A DNA stretch of 64,000 nt from positions 8,827 through 72,826 of the forward strand of contig JBGCDR010000074.1 in NCBI GenBank assembly GCA_045105515.1, given 5' to 3'. Under the pieces are notes generated by a model that was not told where the DNA came from, made no database searches, and worked only from the letters and a program-made list of their open reading frames with translations. Origin of the DNA: Oligoflexales bacterium (GTDB lineage: Bacteria; Bdellovibrionota_B; Oligoflexia; Oligoflexales; Bog-1112). Position numbers and translations under genes: made by a program. Shown piece after piece: positions 42,466-53,856 of the stretch (the first letter of the stretch is position 1; each line of letters begins with the position of its first letter).

Positions 42466-42972
42466 CTATGATTGGCTTCGAGAAGCTAAGCCAGTTAGAG
42501 TGTTAACCTGGCTTGCGATAAATCGATTATGCTCCTCTTTTCCTAACTCATTTTGAAGCTTTTCCGAAACTTTCGAATGCACCAAGTCAAAAACCTGAGA
42601 GTTAAGAGCTTTCTGTGCTTTTTGTAGTTCAGCCTCAGCAACACGCTTAGCCTCATCTTTTATATGCTCTGCTAGAACCCTTCCTTGCTCAACAATTCTA
42701 GCAGCCTCAGCTTGAGCTTCTTTTTGTGCATTTGCCTTTATCTCTGACAATTCATTTTTAAGGTTTGCCATTCTCTTGTTGAGTTCCTCAAGGCGCCGGT
42801 CGGCTTCTTCTCGTTCTTTTTTAGCGGCTATGAACTGGTTTTCATACTCATCTCTTCGACTTTTTAATAAGTTAGAAAGAGGTTTTCTAGCAAATTTAAC
42901 CAGTAGGAACGTAAACAAGAAAAAATTTATGTAAGGAAACCAGAACCCCTGTAACCAATTAAAATGATCCAC
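42466..42972 (-). CDS. atpF: ATP synthase subunit b
   Basis: N-terminal TM (INFFLF...KP) followed by a long charged coiled coil; operon position. Confidence 0.9.
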   Translation of the reverse strand: MDHFNWLQGFWFPYINFFLFTFLLVKFARKPLSNLLKSRRDEYENQFIAAKKEREEADRRLEELNKRMANLKNELSEIKANAQKEAQAEAARIVEQGRVLAEHIKDEAKRVAEAELQKAQKALNSQVFDLVHSKVSEKLQNELGKEEHNRFIASQVNTLTGLASRSQS

Positions 42973-42984
42973 TCAAAAACCCTT

Positions 42985-43416
42985 TCACTTTAAAACTGCT
43001 GCAAAGGTCTCATTAACAAGGCCAGTGACTATCTGAGGAACCTTTTTTTGTTGTAGGTTCATATCATCTGCAAGTTGTTTCTGAATATTTTCTAGGTAAG
43101 ATTTTGCCTCTTTCTTAGCTTCTGCAACCATATTAGCTTGCTTTTCGCTGGCACCACTCTTTGTGCTTACTCGAAAATCTTTTACTTCTGCATAGGCCTG
43201 ATTAACTTGAGATTCAATAGATTCAGAATTTTGTTTACACTGAGTTAAGATTTTCTTGGCTTCGTCTTGTCCACCACTAGTCTGAGCAATACGCTTATCT
43301 CTCAGCTTCAAGTAAGGCTCTACCATAAGTTTCTTCACTATAAACAAATTTGTAATGAATATGCCTGCTTGAATTACCACTAGCCCAGTATTGGGAACAA
43401 GATTAAGCGACGCCAC
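42985..43416 (-). CDS. atpF2: ATP synthase subunit b'
   Basis: N-terminal TM, KKLMVEP..R..R, coiled coil; precedes atpF. Confidence 0.85.
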   Translation of the reverse strand: MASLNLVPNTGLVVIQAGIFITNLFIVKKLMVEPYLKLRDKRIAQTSGGQDEAKKILTQCKQNSESIESQVNQAYAEVKDFRVSTKSGASEKQANMVAEAKKEAKSYLENIQKQLADDMNLQQKKVPQIVTGLVNETFAAVLK

Positions 43417-43642
43417 TTCCCTCTCCTCATCAATGAGACTGCTTGGAGCAACAGAACAAGGCCTGTGAGTGTTTGATATCTCATCTTAGCTATTTAAACA
43501 AGCGAGATTTGAACCTAAATCTAGGAGTCCGCACTTGCATAGAAGTCAGTGATTTCAATATGAAAAGAATCACCTAATATTCCAAACGGTAAAAACTAGA
43601 CCTAGACCAAGCCCCTGCTACCACAAATAAATTATGGAGATA

Positions 43643-44572
43643 CTACATCTTTTTACTAATAAGACCAAGAATCCTTTCTAGTTCGGCAGTAGAAAAATAA
43701 GAAACTTCTATTTTTCCTCTCTGGGCGGAGCCTGATATCTTAACTTTGGTCCTAAGGAAGTTGCGCAAATTATCTGCGATATACTCTATATCCGGGTCCA
43801 AATTCAGTGCAGCAAGGTTTTTGTTCTTAGAGGCCGACTTGGAGCTTAAATTTCGGCAAAGTAATTCGGTTTTTCTTACACTCAAACCTTTTCGAATGAC
43901 TATGTCTCTAGCTTGTTGAATCTGATGGGAACTATCAAGAGATAGAAACGCCCTTGCATGTCCCATACTCAACCTTTGTTCACAAAGGTCTTCATGTATT
44001 GTTCGCGGTAGGCTTAATATTCTCAACGCATTTGTAATGGTACTACGATCTTTGCCAACCCTCTCTGCACATTGTTCTTGTGTGAGACCATACTCTTTTA
44101 TCAATGCTTCGTATGCCATAGCCTCTTCAATAATATTGAGATCAGCACGTTGGATATTTTCAATTAATGCTATCCTCAATCTTTCATCTGGGGAGGTATT
44201 CTTAATGATTACTGGAATTTTTTGAAGCCCTGCCATTTTGCTTGCTCGCAACCTTCTTTCTCCAGCAATAAGTAAATACCTACCTGAGAAATTAGCGTTG
44301 TTGACAACGATAAGTGGCTGTAAAATCCCATCAAGCGCAATGCTTTGTGATAAGTTCTTAAGCTCCTCTTGCTTAAAAAATTTACGAGGCTGTTCTGGAT
44401 TAGGATCAATTAGGTTAGGGTTAACATAATAAAGTTGAGAATCACTGTTTGAGCTACGTTCCTTTGTTTTTTCAGCGTCCTGTTCCCAATATGAGTCACC
44501 GGTATTGCGAATTAAGGTCTTTAACCCTTTACCTAAAGCACCTTTTCTTTCATTGTCATCTTCACCTACCAT
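43643..44572 (-). CDS. parB: Chromosome partitioning protein ParB/Spo0J
   Basis: GALGKGL N-terminal motif, NPEQPRK, AGERRLRA, ENIQRADLN and HTH; start ATG 44572 just after the parA stop. Confidence 0.96.
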   Translation of the reverse strand: MVGEDDNERKGALGKGLKTLIRNTGDSYWEQDAEKTKERSSNSDSQLYYVNPNLIDPNPEQPRKFFKQEELKNLSQSIALDGILQPLIVVNNANFSGRYLLIAGERRLRASKMAGLQKIPVIIKNTSPDERLRIALIENIQRADLNIIEEAMAYEALIKEYGLTQEQCAERVGKDRSTITNALRILSLPRTIHEDLCEQRLSMGHARAFLSLDSSHQIQQARDIVIRKGLSVRKTELLCRNLSSKSASKNKNLAALNLDPDIEYIADNLRNFLRTKVKISGSAQRGKIEVSYFSTAELERILGLISKKM

Positions 44573-44576
44573 AGTC

Positions 44577-45422
44577 TTACCCTTCCACGAACTCTGTTTT
44601 GCCATGGTCTTGAGTCTTACTGCTTGGGTAAGTACCCTCAGTCTTACAGACCATTCTTCTTTTAGATCTCTGCAATACCTCTTCACCTAGTTGCAAATAA
44701 GCTTGCGAACCACTGCTGTTTACATCATATAGTACAATCGGCTTGCCATGCGAGGGAGCTTCAGAAAGCTTTATATTTCTAGGAATAATGGTGGAGAATA
44801 TTTCGTTTGAAAAATGTTTTCTAGCCTCTTGCTCTACCTGGATACAAAGGTTATTTCGTCTGTCATACATGGTAAGCAGAATTCCTTCTATCTCAATATC
44901 CGGATTTAAGCGTTTCCTTATAAGCGAAATGGTTTTAAGGAGTTGAGATACTCCTTCCATAGCGTAATATTCACATTGTAAAGGAATCAGAACACCGTTT
45001 GCTGACGTTAAAGCATTTATTGTTAGTAAGCCCAATGCTGGCGGACAATCTAACAAAATATAGTCATAATAATCATGAACACTCTCGAGAACCTCTTTCA
45101 ATCTTGTTTCCCGACCAAGTTCGTTCAAGAGCTCAATTTCGACTCCGATTAAATCTTGGCATGCCGGTATTAGATCCAAGCAATCCAAATTAGTCCTTAA
45201 GATGGTGTTTTTCAAGGGTATATTATTTGTCAAGACCTCATAAATCCCCTCATCATAGCTTTGCGGAAAAACTCCTAAGCCACTGCTTGTATTACTTTGG
45301 GGATCTAAATCGATGAGCAGGACTTTTTGCTCGCCTACCGCGAGGCTTGCAGACAAGTTGATTGCCGTCGTTGTTTTACCAACACCACCCTTTTGGTTTG
45401 ATATAGCTATCACTCTGCCCAT
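44577..45422 (-). CDS. parA: Chromosome partitioning ATPase ParA/Soj
   Basis: NQKGGVGKTT deviant Walker A, DLDPQ, DCPP and EAPSHG motifs; SD AAGGAGG. Confidence 0.97.
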   Translation of the reverse strand: MGRVIAISNQKGGVGKTTTAINLSASLAVGEQKVLLIDLDPQSNTSSGLGVFPQSYDEGIYEVLTNNIPLKNTILRTNLDCLDLIPACQDLIGVEIELLNELGRETRLKEVLESVHDYYDYILLDCPPALGLLTINALTSANGVLIPLQCEYYAMEGVSQLLKTISLIRKRLNPDIEIEGILLTMYDRRNNLCIQVEQEARKHFSNEIFSTIIPRNIKLSEAPSHGKPIVLYDVNSSGSQAYLQLGEEVLQRSKRRMVCKTEGTYPSSKTQDHGKTEFVEG

Positions 45423-45490
45423 ACCACCTCCTTCATTTTATCGCCTCTTCGAATGCCAAATGCACTTTAGCTCTAACATTGTCATCCCAA

Positions 45491-45506
45491 TGTTTCACGT
45501 GAAACA
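45491..45506. promoter_or_regulatory. parS site 1
   Basis: Perfect palindrome TGTTTCACGTGAAACA, 69 nt upstream of parA. Confidence 0.95.
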
Positions 45507-45934
45507 TTCAATCCAACGGACAGCGCTCCAAGTAATCTTGGTTTTAAGAATTACAGTGCAAAAAAAAAGATCCTCATAAAAGAATCAACAAATATAAGTG
45601 TTATAAGCCTCAATACTATTAAATTTTATCTAAAAATTCCTACATTAGTAATATATAGCTCTGAAAATGTAAAAAGATCTATTTTTAAGGATAGTAAGTA
45701 TATTTAATATGAAATAAGAAAATTTTTCCCTAATTGTACTAAAAATTATAAATCTAAAGGAAAAAAGCTGCTATTCGCATTTTATGGCTTATATTGTCAA
45801 TTTTATGATTAAGTATCTTTAATTAGACCTATTTGTGCATAGATCTACTGTTTGATTCTAATCGAAATCAAACTATTTTCTTTGGAATCTTTTAGCTTAA
45901 AAGAGATACAAAATTAAGTTAGAGCAAAAATAGA

Positions 45935-45950
45935 TGTTCCACGTGAAACA
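45935..45950. promoter_or_regulatory. parS site 2
   Basis: TGTTCCACGTGAAACA, matches the parS consensus TGTTNCACGTGAAACA. Confidence 0.92.
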
Positions 45951-46196
45951 TTCAAACGTAAAGCTCCGCTTTCTTGATTTATTCACCTTAGAATCATGGG
46001 TAAGGCATGGAGCGAAACCGACCGAAACTCACTGAAAGATGCCTCTTACTCCACCAGCATCAAAGAGCTATTTGCCCCTCAATTTGACCTAAGGTGTCTG
46101 GTGGATCTAAAGCACAGTCTAATAACCAGTCAACTCTAAGAATTTATCCATCTGATTTTATTAGGAAATATAATGAGAGATACGCTTAGGAATGGG

Positions 46197-46213
46197 GGTG
46201 TGCAAAGCACACC
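46197..46213 (-). terminator. Hairpin just downstream of atpE (terminator or mRNA-stabilising stem)
   Basis: GGTGTGC-AAA-GCACACC; no clear U tract. Confidence 0.4.
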
Positions 46214-46219
46214 AAGATA

Positions 46220-46528
46220 CTAGGCGCCCAACACCATGAACGCGATTACGAAGCATAGAAGGGCCTGAAGCTCCATGAAAACCAGAGATAGAATTAAAGG
46301 GGTGAAGACTTCTCCTCGAGCACCGGGGTTTCTCGCAACACCTTCCAGAGCTGCGCTAGCAGCTTTGCCTTGGCCTGAAGCTGCGCCAAATGCGCCCAAG
46401 CCAATTGCAATTGCAGCAGCTATTGGAGCCCAACTTGCACTAACAGCTTCACCTGTTTGACCAAATGCAAACCCTGAGAAAGCAAGACCTAAACCAAAGA
46501 CAATCCACTTAGATACTGACTTTTTCAT
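46220..46528 (-). CDS. atpE: ATP synthase subunit c with an N-terminal extension
   Basis: GLGAFG..GQG, ARNP loop and essential Glu (FMELQ). Confidence 0.95.
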   Translation of the reverse strand: MKKSVSKWIVFGLGLAFSGFAFGQTGEAVSASWAPIAAAIAIGLGAFGAASGQGKAASAALEGVARNPGARGEVFTPLILSLVFMELQALLCFVIAFMVLGA

Positions 46529-46554
46529 TATCAAAACCTCTTTATTTTAATCGC

Positions 46555-47334
46555 TCAATGATCATGCGAAATCGCCATATTTACATATATTCCTGTCAAA
46601 AGAACAAAAACAAAGCTCTGCACAAACGCCACAAGTAAACCAAAAAACAAAAATAACGTTGGTATTACAAGGGGAACTAAACCGCTAAAAACCCCAAGCA
46701 ACAAGTGATCGCAGAAAATATTTGCAAGCAACCTAAAAGCTAGTGACAAAGGGCGGACTGAATGGCTAATAAGTTCAATTGGAAGAAACAAAAGTGCTAG
46801 GACCAGAAAGGGACCAGTAAACTGTTTAATATAAGAAGCTCCATGCTCTTTAATTCCCGCATAGTTATACCAAAAGAAAACAATCAAACCCATCGCCAAA
46901 TTTGTATTGAAATTTTCGGTTGTTGGAGGCAATCCTGGAATCAACCCGCTAAGGTTACTGACAAGAATAAATAGAAAGAGACCTGCCATAAGAGGAAGAA
47001 ACTTTCGGTATCTCTGCCCACAGTGTTCCTTTGTCAGACTATAAAGAAAATCCATGGCCATTTCTACAAAGCTTCTTAATGAAATTTTTGCTGATGGGAT
47101 TACATCATTCATGGTTTTTTCGACAGAACTCTTGAAATAAATTCCGATGATAGCACAAAGACTAAGGGTCAAAATACTTGCCAAGACTGCTGTGTATTCT
47201 TTACCAAATCCTAAGCCACCTGCTACAAGATTATAGTAGTCGATAAAGTGAGGGATTCCTTCAGCTGCAAGAGCATTACTGCTAAAAAAACATCCCAAAA
47301 ACACATTCTTAAATTTGCTCGTATTAAATTTCAC
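46555..47334 (-). CDS. atpB: ATP synthase subunit a
   Basis: NLSGLIPG, PPT, PIELIS..RPLSLAFRLLAN and VQSFVF motifs. Confidence 0.95.
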   Translation of the reverse strand: MKFNTSKFKNVFLGCFFSSNALAAEGIPHFIDYYNLVAGGLGFGKEYTAVLASILTLSLCAIIGIYFKSSVEKTMNDVIPSAKISLRSFVEMAMDFLYSLTKEHCGQRYRKFLPLMAGLFLFILVSNLSGLIPGLPPTTENFNTNLAMGLIVFFWYNYAGIKEHGASYIKQFTGPFLVLALLFLPIELISHSVRPLSLAFRLLANIFCDHLLLGVFSGLVPLVIPTLFLFFGLLVAFVQSFVFVLLTGIYVNMAISHDH

Positions 47335-47444
47335 CCTTTTACCCTCTCACGCGTACAAGGTTTTCTAGACCATTTATTTAACCTAGCAGAACAACAAAGA
47401 ACAGGACATATTATTGATATTGTTCATTTGAACGGTGAAGATAT

Positions 47445-47765
47445 TCAGCTCTTTGCTGATATTTCTCGTTTGTACTGAAACACATACATACAGCCTACAA
47501 AAACGATCAAGCCAAGGCTTACGCCCATAACAAAAGGAAGTGGAGAAACCTTAGCAAGCCTAAAGGACACAAACAAACTTGTTAAGAGAAAAAGAGTCTT
47601 GCACACAGCAAGTAGTACCAACAGAGTAGAAGCAAAACCTTCTCTTACTGGCTCCTTAGAGCCTAGTCCTTGTCCCAACATGGACGCAATCAGCAACGTT
47701 AAGATAGATGCATCAATGATAAAGATAAGCGCACCAATTAAAAAACTTGAAAAACTCCCTAACAT
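47445..47765 (-). CDS. atpI: AtpI-like membrane protein
   Basis: Small multi-TM protein directly upstream of atpB. Confidence 0.55.
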   Translation of the reverse strand: MLGSFSSFLIGALIFIIDASILTLLIASMLGQGLGSKEPVREGFASTLLVLLAVCKTLFLLTSLFVSFRLAKVSPLPFVMGVSLGLIVFVGCMYVFQYKREISAKS

Positions 47766-47816
47766 TGTAACTCCTGCTGATTCAAGCTTAGACCTATGCG
47801 CAGACTATTAGCTTTG

Positions 47817-48053
47817 CTAAGAATCTTCATTGTTCTTTCTTTCCTTCTCCATCCGAAAAAGATAACGCAACATTATGTAATAGCCATGAACAATCCCTAA
47901 AAGGGCTGTAGGCATTAGAATCTTTCTCCATGAAAAATCTAGTGGAAAGTTTTCGTTTAAATAGCCCTCTAAAATGAAGGCCAATGCGATCATTCCTGCT
48001 ACTTGTGTATTAATCGCCAAAACAACGCCTAAGGCTCTTGTCATTGGGTTCAT
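47817..48053 (-). CDS. AtpZ/AtpR-like two-TM protein
   Basis: Two TM helices with a central GYLNE motif (cf. G..lD); first gene of the Fo unit; start ATG 48053 after AAGGGG. Confidence 0.6.
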   Translation of the reverse strand: MNPMTRALGVVLAINTQVAGMIALAFILEGYLNENFPLDFSWRKILMPTALLGIVHGYYIMLRYLFRMEKERKNNEDS

Positions 48054-48079
48054 TTTTATCGCCCCTTTTAATGAAGAAA

Positions 48080-48280
48080 TAATCCACAAGATTTTGTCCT
48101 GTGGATAAGCCCGCACAACAACAGCAATATCTTTAGATAACTAATTGTAATCACTTAAAATATAAAGTACGATTTAGTCTTGCTACCATCTTTATCCTTG
48201 TGATAATTTTCACTACCTCACGGAGTCCCTGGTGTATTAAAAGACCTCAAACTTCAAGCGACCAAAACAACTGTGAAAAA
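48080..48280. promoter_or_regulatory. DnaA boxes in the divergent atp/dnaA promoter region
   Basis: TAATCCACA 48080-88 (one mismatch), TGTGGATAA 48100-08 (perfect), TGTGAAAAA 48272-80. Confidence 0.7.
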
Positions 48281-48295
48281 CAGATTGAGCATAAA

Positions 48296-49807
48296 ATGAA
48301 AACACTTTTTCCGCCGGAAAACCCGAAGACACACCATTTGGAGATCCCGCCTTCTCTTCTTGATACAGATTCCTCAAATTCAGATGAGTGGAAGCTGATA
48401 CAACTAGAACTCGAATCTTCTCTTGATGAGGATACTTATTCTAACTGGATAAAGCCAATTAAATGCACTCCTTCGGGAACTAACGAAATTACTCTCTATA
48501 CGCAAGACTTAGTCTGTTACCAAGGTCTTCGTAAGGAATATTTAAGTAAAATAGAGGCTTGCAAATGTCGTTTAGGCCTTAAGCATCTGACCATTAAGGT
48601 TGACTTAGAAAGTTCTCTCGTCTCTGGTAACAAAGAGACAGCATTTCAACTTAGTGACATACGTATTACTCCTGAAAATCTTCAACCTGCAAATCCAGTT
48701 GAATCTAACGCAGGGCTAGAGCCAAGTGAAACAAGTAGTGGAGAAGCTCCCCCTCTTTTCTCAAGCTCGTTAGCAAAAAATGCGCGACTTAACGGTAATT
48801 ATACCTTTGATAGCTTCGTTAGAGGCCCTAGCAACCAATTCGCTCTTGCAAGTTGTTTTAACGTCGCTGACAACCCAGGGGTTAGCTATAACCCTCTATT
48901 TTTATATGGTTCAACTGGCTTAGGTAAGACTCACTTGCTACACGCAGTAGGAAACCAAGTTAGGAAACAATTTCCCGAGCTTGTTGTGACTTATATAAGC
49001 AGCGAACGATTTATGAATGAGATGATCTATTGTATCCGGCATAACAAAATGTGGGATTTTCGACAGAAATACCGTCATTGCGACCTTTTTATGATGGATG
49101 ATATACAGTTCATCTCTGGGAATAAAGCTGCTACTCAAGAAGAGTTTTTTCATACCTTTAACACTTTATACGAGGCTAAAAAGCAGATTATTATTACTTC
49201 TGATCTTTTTCCTCAGGACATTCCTGATATTGAAGAGCGGCTTCGCAACCGGTTTCAATGGGGTCTTATTGCTGACATTCAACCCCCTGATGTCGAACAT
49301 AGAATTGCTATCCTGATGAATAAAGCCGAAAAATTAAAGGTTTATGTCAGCCCTGAAGTCGCAGAATATATTGCCACCCATGCAAAACGAAACATCAGAG
49401 AACTTGAAGGAGCACTGCATCGCATAGCTGCTTTTGCAGCTCTTCAAGGGCGACCGCTTGATAAAGCTATCGCTATGGAAACCTTTCACAGCCTCTTAGG
49501 CCAGGCTCCCAAACAACTTGAAATTGAAACTGTGCAAAAAGCAGTTGCGGACCATTTCAAGCTAAGGGTTTCTGATCTTAAGTCTAAAAAGCGACAAAGA
49601 ATCTTGACTCTCCCCCGTCAAATTGCAATGTATTTAGCCCGCAAACATACTCAGGCATCATACCCAGATATAGGGGGAAAGTTTGGCGGAAAAGACCACA
49701 CAACTGTAATGCATGCTGTCAAAAAGATTTCAGCTGAAAAGATCAAGGATTTGGACTTAAAAGCTCATATTGAGGCTTTAGATAGGATGCTCGAGCAGAT
49801 CCAATAG
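48296..49807 (+). CDS. dnaA: Chromosomal replication initiator DnaA
   Basis: YTFDSFV, YNPLFLYGSTGLGKTHL, DDIQF and GGKDHTTVMHA motifs; probable start ATG 48296 (ORF open from 48200). Confidence 0.98.
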   Translation: MKTLFPPENPKTHHLEIPPSLLDTDSSNSDEWKLIQLELESSLDEDTYSNWIKPIKCTPSGTNEITLYTQDLVCYQGLRKEYLSKIEACKCRLGLKHLTIKVDLESSLVSGNKETAFQLSDIRITPENLQPANPVESNAGLEPSETSSGEAPPLFSSSLAKNARLNGNYTFDSFVRGPSNQFALASCFNVADNPGVSYNPLFLYGSTGLGKTHLLHAVGNQVRKQFPELVVTYISSERFMNEMIYCIRHNKMWDFRQKYRHCDLFMMDDIQFISGNKAATQEEFFHTFNTLYEAKKQIIITSDLFPQDIPDIEERLRNRFQWGLIADIQPPDVEHRIAILMNKAEKLKVYVSPEVAEYIATHAKRNIRELEGALHRIAAFAALQGRPLDKAIAMETFHSLLGQAPKQLEIETVQKAVADHFKLRVSDLKSKKRQRILTLPRQIAMYLARKHTQASYPDIGGKFGGKDHTTVMHAVKKISAEKIKDLDLKAHIEALDRMLEQIQ

Positions 49808-49820
49808 TGCTGCTACCTAC

Positions 49821-50090
49821 TGTGGAAAAACAGGGGAAAACTTTTACTCTGAAGAAGAAGGAATTACTGTGGATAAACCTGTGAAAAACTTGTGGATAAT
49901 TTGTGTACAAAATGACATCGCCAAGTTATCCACAATTTGTTCCACATTTAATCCTCACCTTATCCACATGCTTTTCCACAAGCAAGATAGCAATTTATTG
50001 CTTTGATTAAGGGATCTTAGAGAGTTTTCCCCAAAATCAGGGAGGCCCTATATCTACTACTGTGTATAAATAAATATATTTAATACAAAA
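49821..50090. other. oriC: Replication origin oriC (DnaA-box cluster, DnaA-trios, AT-rich unwinding element)
   Basis: Perfect boxes at 49868, 49891, 49926 and 49960; TTWTNCACA-type or near boxes at 49821, 49880, 49902, 49938, 49972 and 50025; then GGCCC-TATATCTACTACTG and TATAAATAAATATATTTAATA. Confidence 0.92.
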
Positions 50091-50126
50091 GTAAGGAACT
50101 GAAAGATATCAAGGAAGGATAATAAA

Positions 50127-51251
50127 ATGCTCGTTCACATTCCTAAGAATGATCTAGCTTTAGCGATTAGCCGGGTTCAGGGAGCTGTTGCTGAAAAGAA
50201 CTTAGGACATATAGGTTTGAAAGCTGTTCAAAAAATGTTGCGAATTATGGCTGCTGATAAAGTGCTGGCCATATACTGTGACTTGGATTGCAATGTCGAT
50301 CAGCAAGGAACTGTATTCATACCTGCAAAGTTTTTTGCCGATGTGGTTAAGGAACTTCCTCAGGGCATGGTCTGTTTACAATCAGATGACTCATGGTTAA
50401 CAATCACAGCAGGACAAAAAGGTGAGTTCACTATCAAGCTTCCACTCAAGGAAGACTTGAGTTGGATGGAGGCGCCTAAATTCGCTTCATCCAGCAACGT
50501 AGCTCTATCGCCCAGCAATAAAATATCATATATGATTGAGCAGGTTCAGTTTTGTGTAGCTCAGGAATCTGCTCGGAGCTATGGTGCAGTAGGCTACCTT
50601 CACCGGATAGAGGAAGGCACTGTGCGCTTAGTAGGAACAGATGGTTTTCGTCTATCCTACTGTGATGTGTCCTTTCCCATGCCACAAGGGTTTTTGCCTG
50701 AAGGGGTATCGATTTCTAAAAGGGCTTTGAATGAGCTCTTAAGGATGTGTCACGAAGGGTTTGAAGAAATTAAGCTATCAATTTCTGACGACCAAACCAC
50801 TTTGTGTGCTGAAGTCGAAGGTTATCGCATATTTATTCTCTTATCTGCGGTAAAATATCCAAACTATCAGGGAGTGGTTCCAAAAAAACACCCCGCCCAC
50901 TTAGAGGTTTCAAGACCGATGCTTCAGAGTGTCGCAAAAAGGGTATTATTGGCCGCAGGTAAAACAAAGGCTTTGCAGATGCATTTCTCGACAGATGCCT
51001 TAACACTGAGCTCAAAGAATTTAGGCAGTTCTGAAGGCCGAGAGAAGATTGAACTTGCTAACTATCAGGGGCCAGAGTGTAGCTTGGCCATCAATGGCAA
51101 GTATCTTTCTGATGTATTTGTGACAACAAGTAGTGATGAGTTGCAAATACAGTTTAAAAACCATGAAGATCCGGTTGTCTTGGTACCTGCAAAAGAGCCA
51201 AAAGACTGCTTGTCCAGACATATCTTGGTACCTATTCGCGAAAGTGAATAA
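50127..51251 (+). CDS. dnaN: DNA polymerase III beta clamp
   Basis: VGTDGFRLS, YPNYQ.V.P and INGKYL motifs; follows dnaA. Confidence 0.95.
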   Translation: MLVHIPKNDLALAISRVQGAVAEKNLGHIGLKAVQKMLRIMAADKVLAIYCDLDCNVDQQGTVFIPAKFFADVVKELPQGMVCLQSDDSWLTITAGQKGEFTIKLPLKEDLSWMEAPKFASSSNVALSPSNKISYMIEQVQFCVAQESARSYGAVGYLHRIEEGTVRLVGTDGFRLSYCDVSFPMPQGFLPEGVSISKRALNELLRMCHEGFEEIKLSISDDQTTLCAEVEGYRIFILLSAVKYPNYQGVVPKKHPAHLEVSRPMLQSVAKRVLLAAGKTKALQMHFSTDALTLSSKNLGSSEGREKIELANYQGPECSLAINGKYLSDVFVTTSSDELQIQFKNHEDPVVLVPAKEPKDCLSRHILVPIRESE

Positions 51252-51272
51252 CGAGCAAACTTTGGTCTATAA

Positions 51273-53816
<2,544 letters not shown>

Positions 53817-53856
53817 TCTGCGATCTACTTTTGGAAAGGTTTGAGGATAAAAAGAG

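Noticed and set aside
44573..44686. N-terminal extension of parB in the ORF track
   Set aside because: Overlaps the parA 3' end; ATG 44572 has an SD and directly precedes the conserved LGKGL motif region
48054..48295. Longer starts for the atpZ-like ORF (48116) and dnaA (48200)
   Set aside because: The extensions contain DnaA boxes and look non-coding; downstream ATGs fit better
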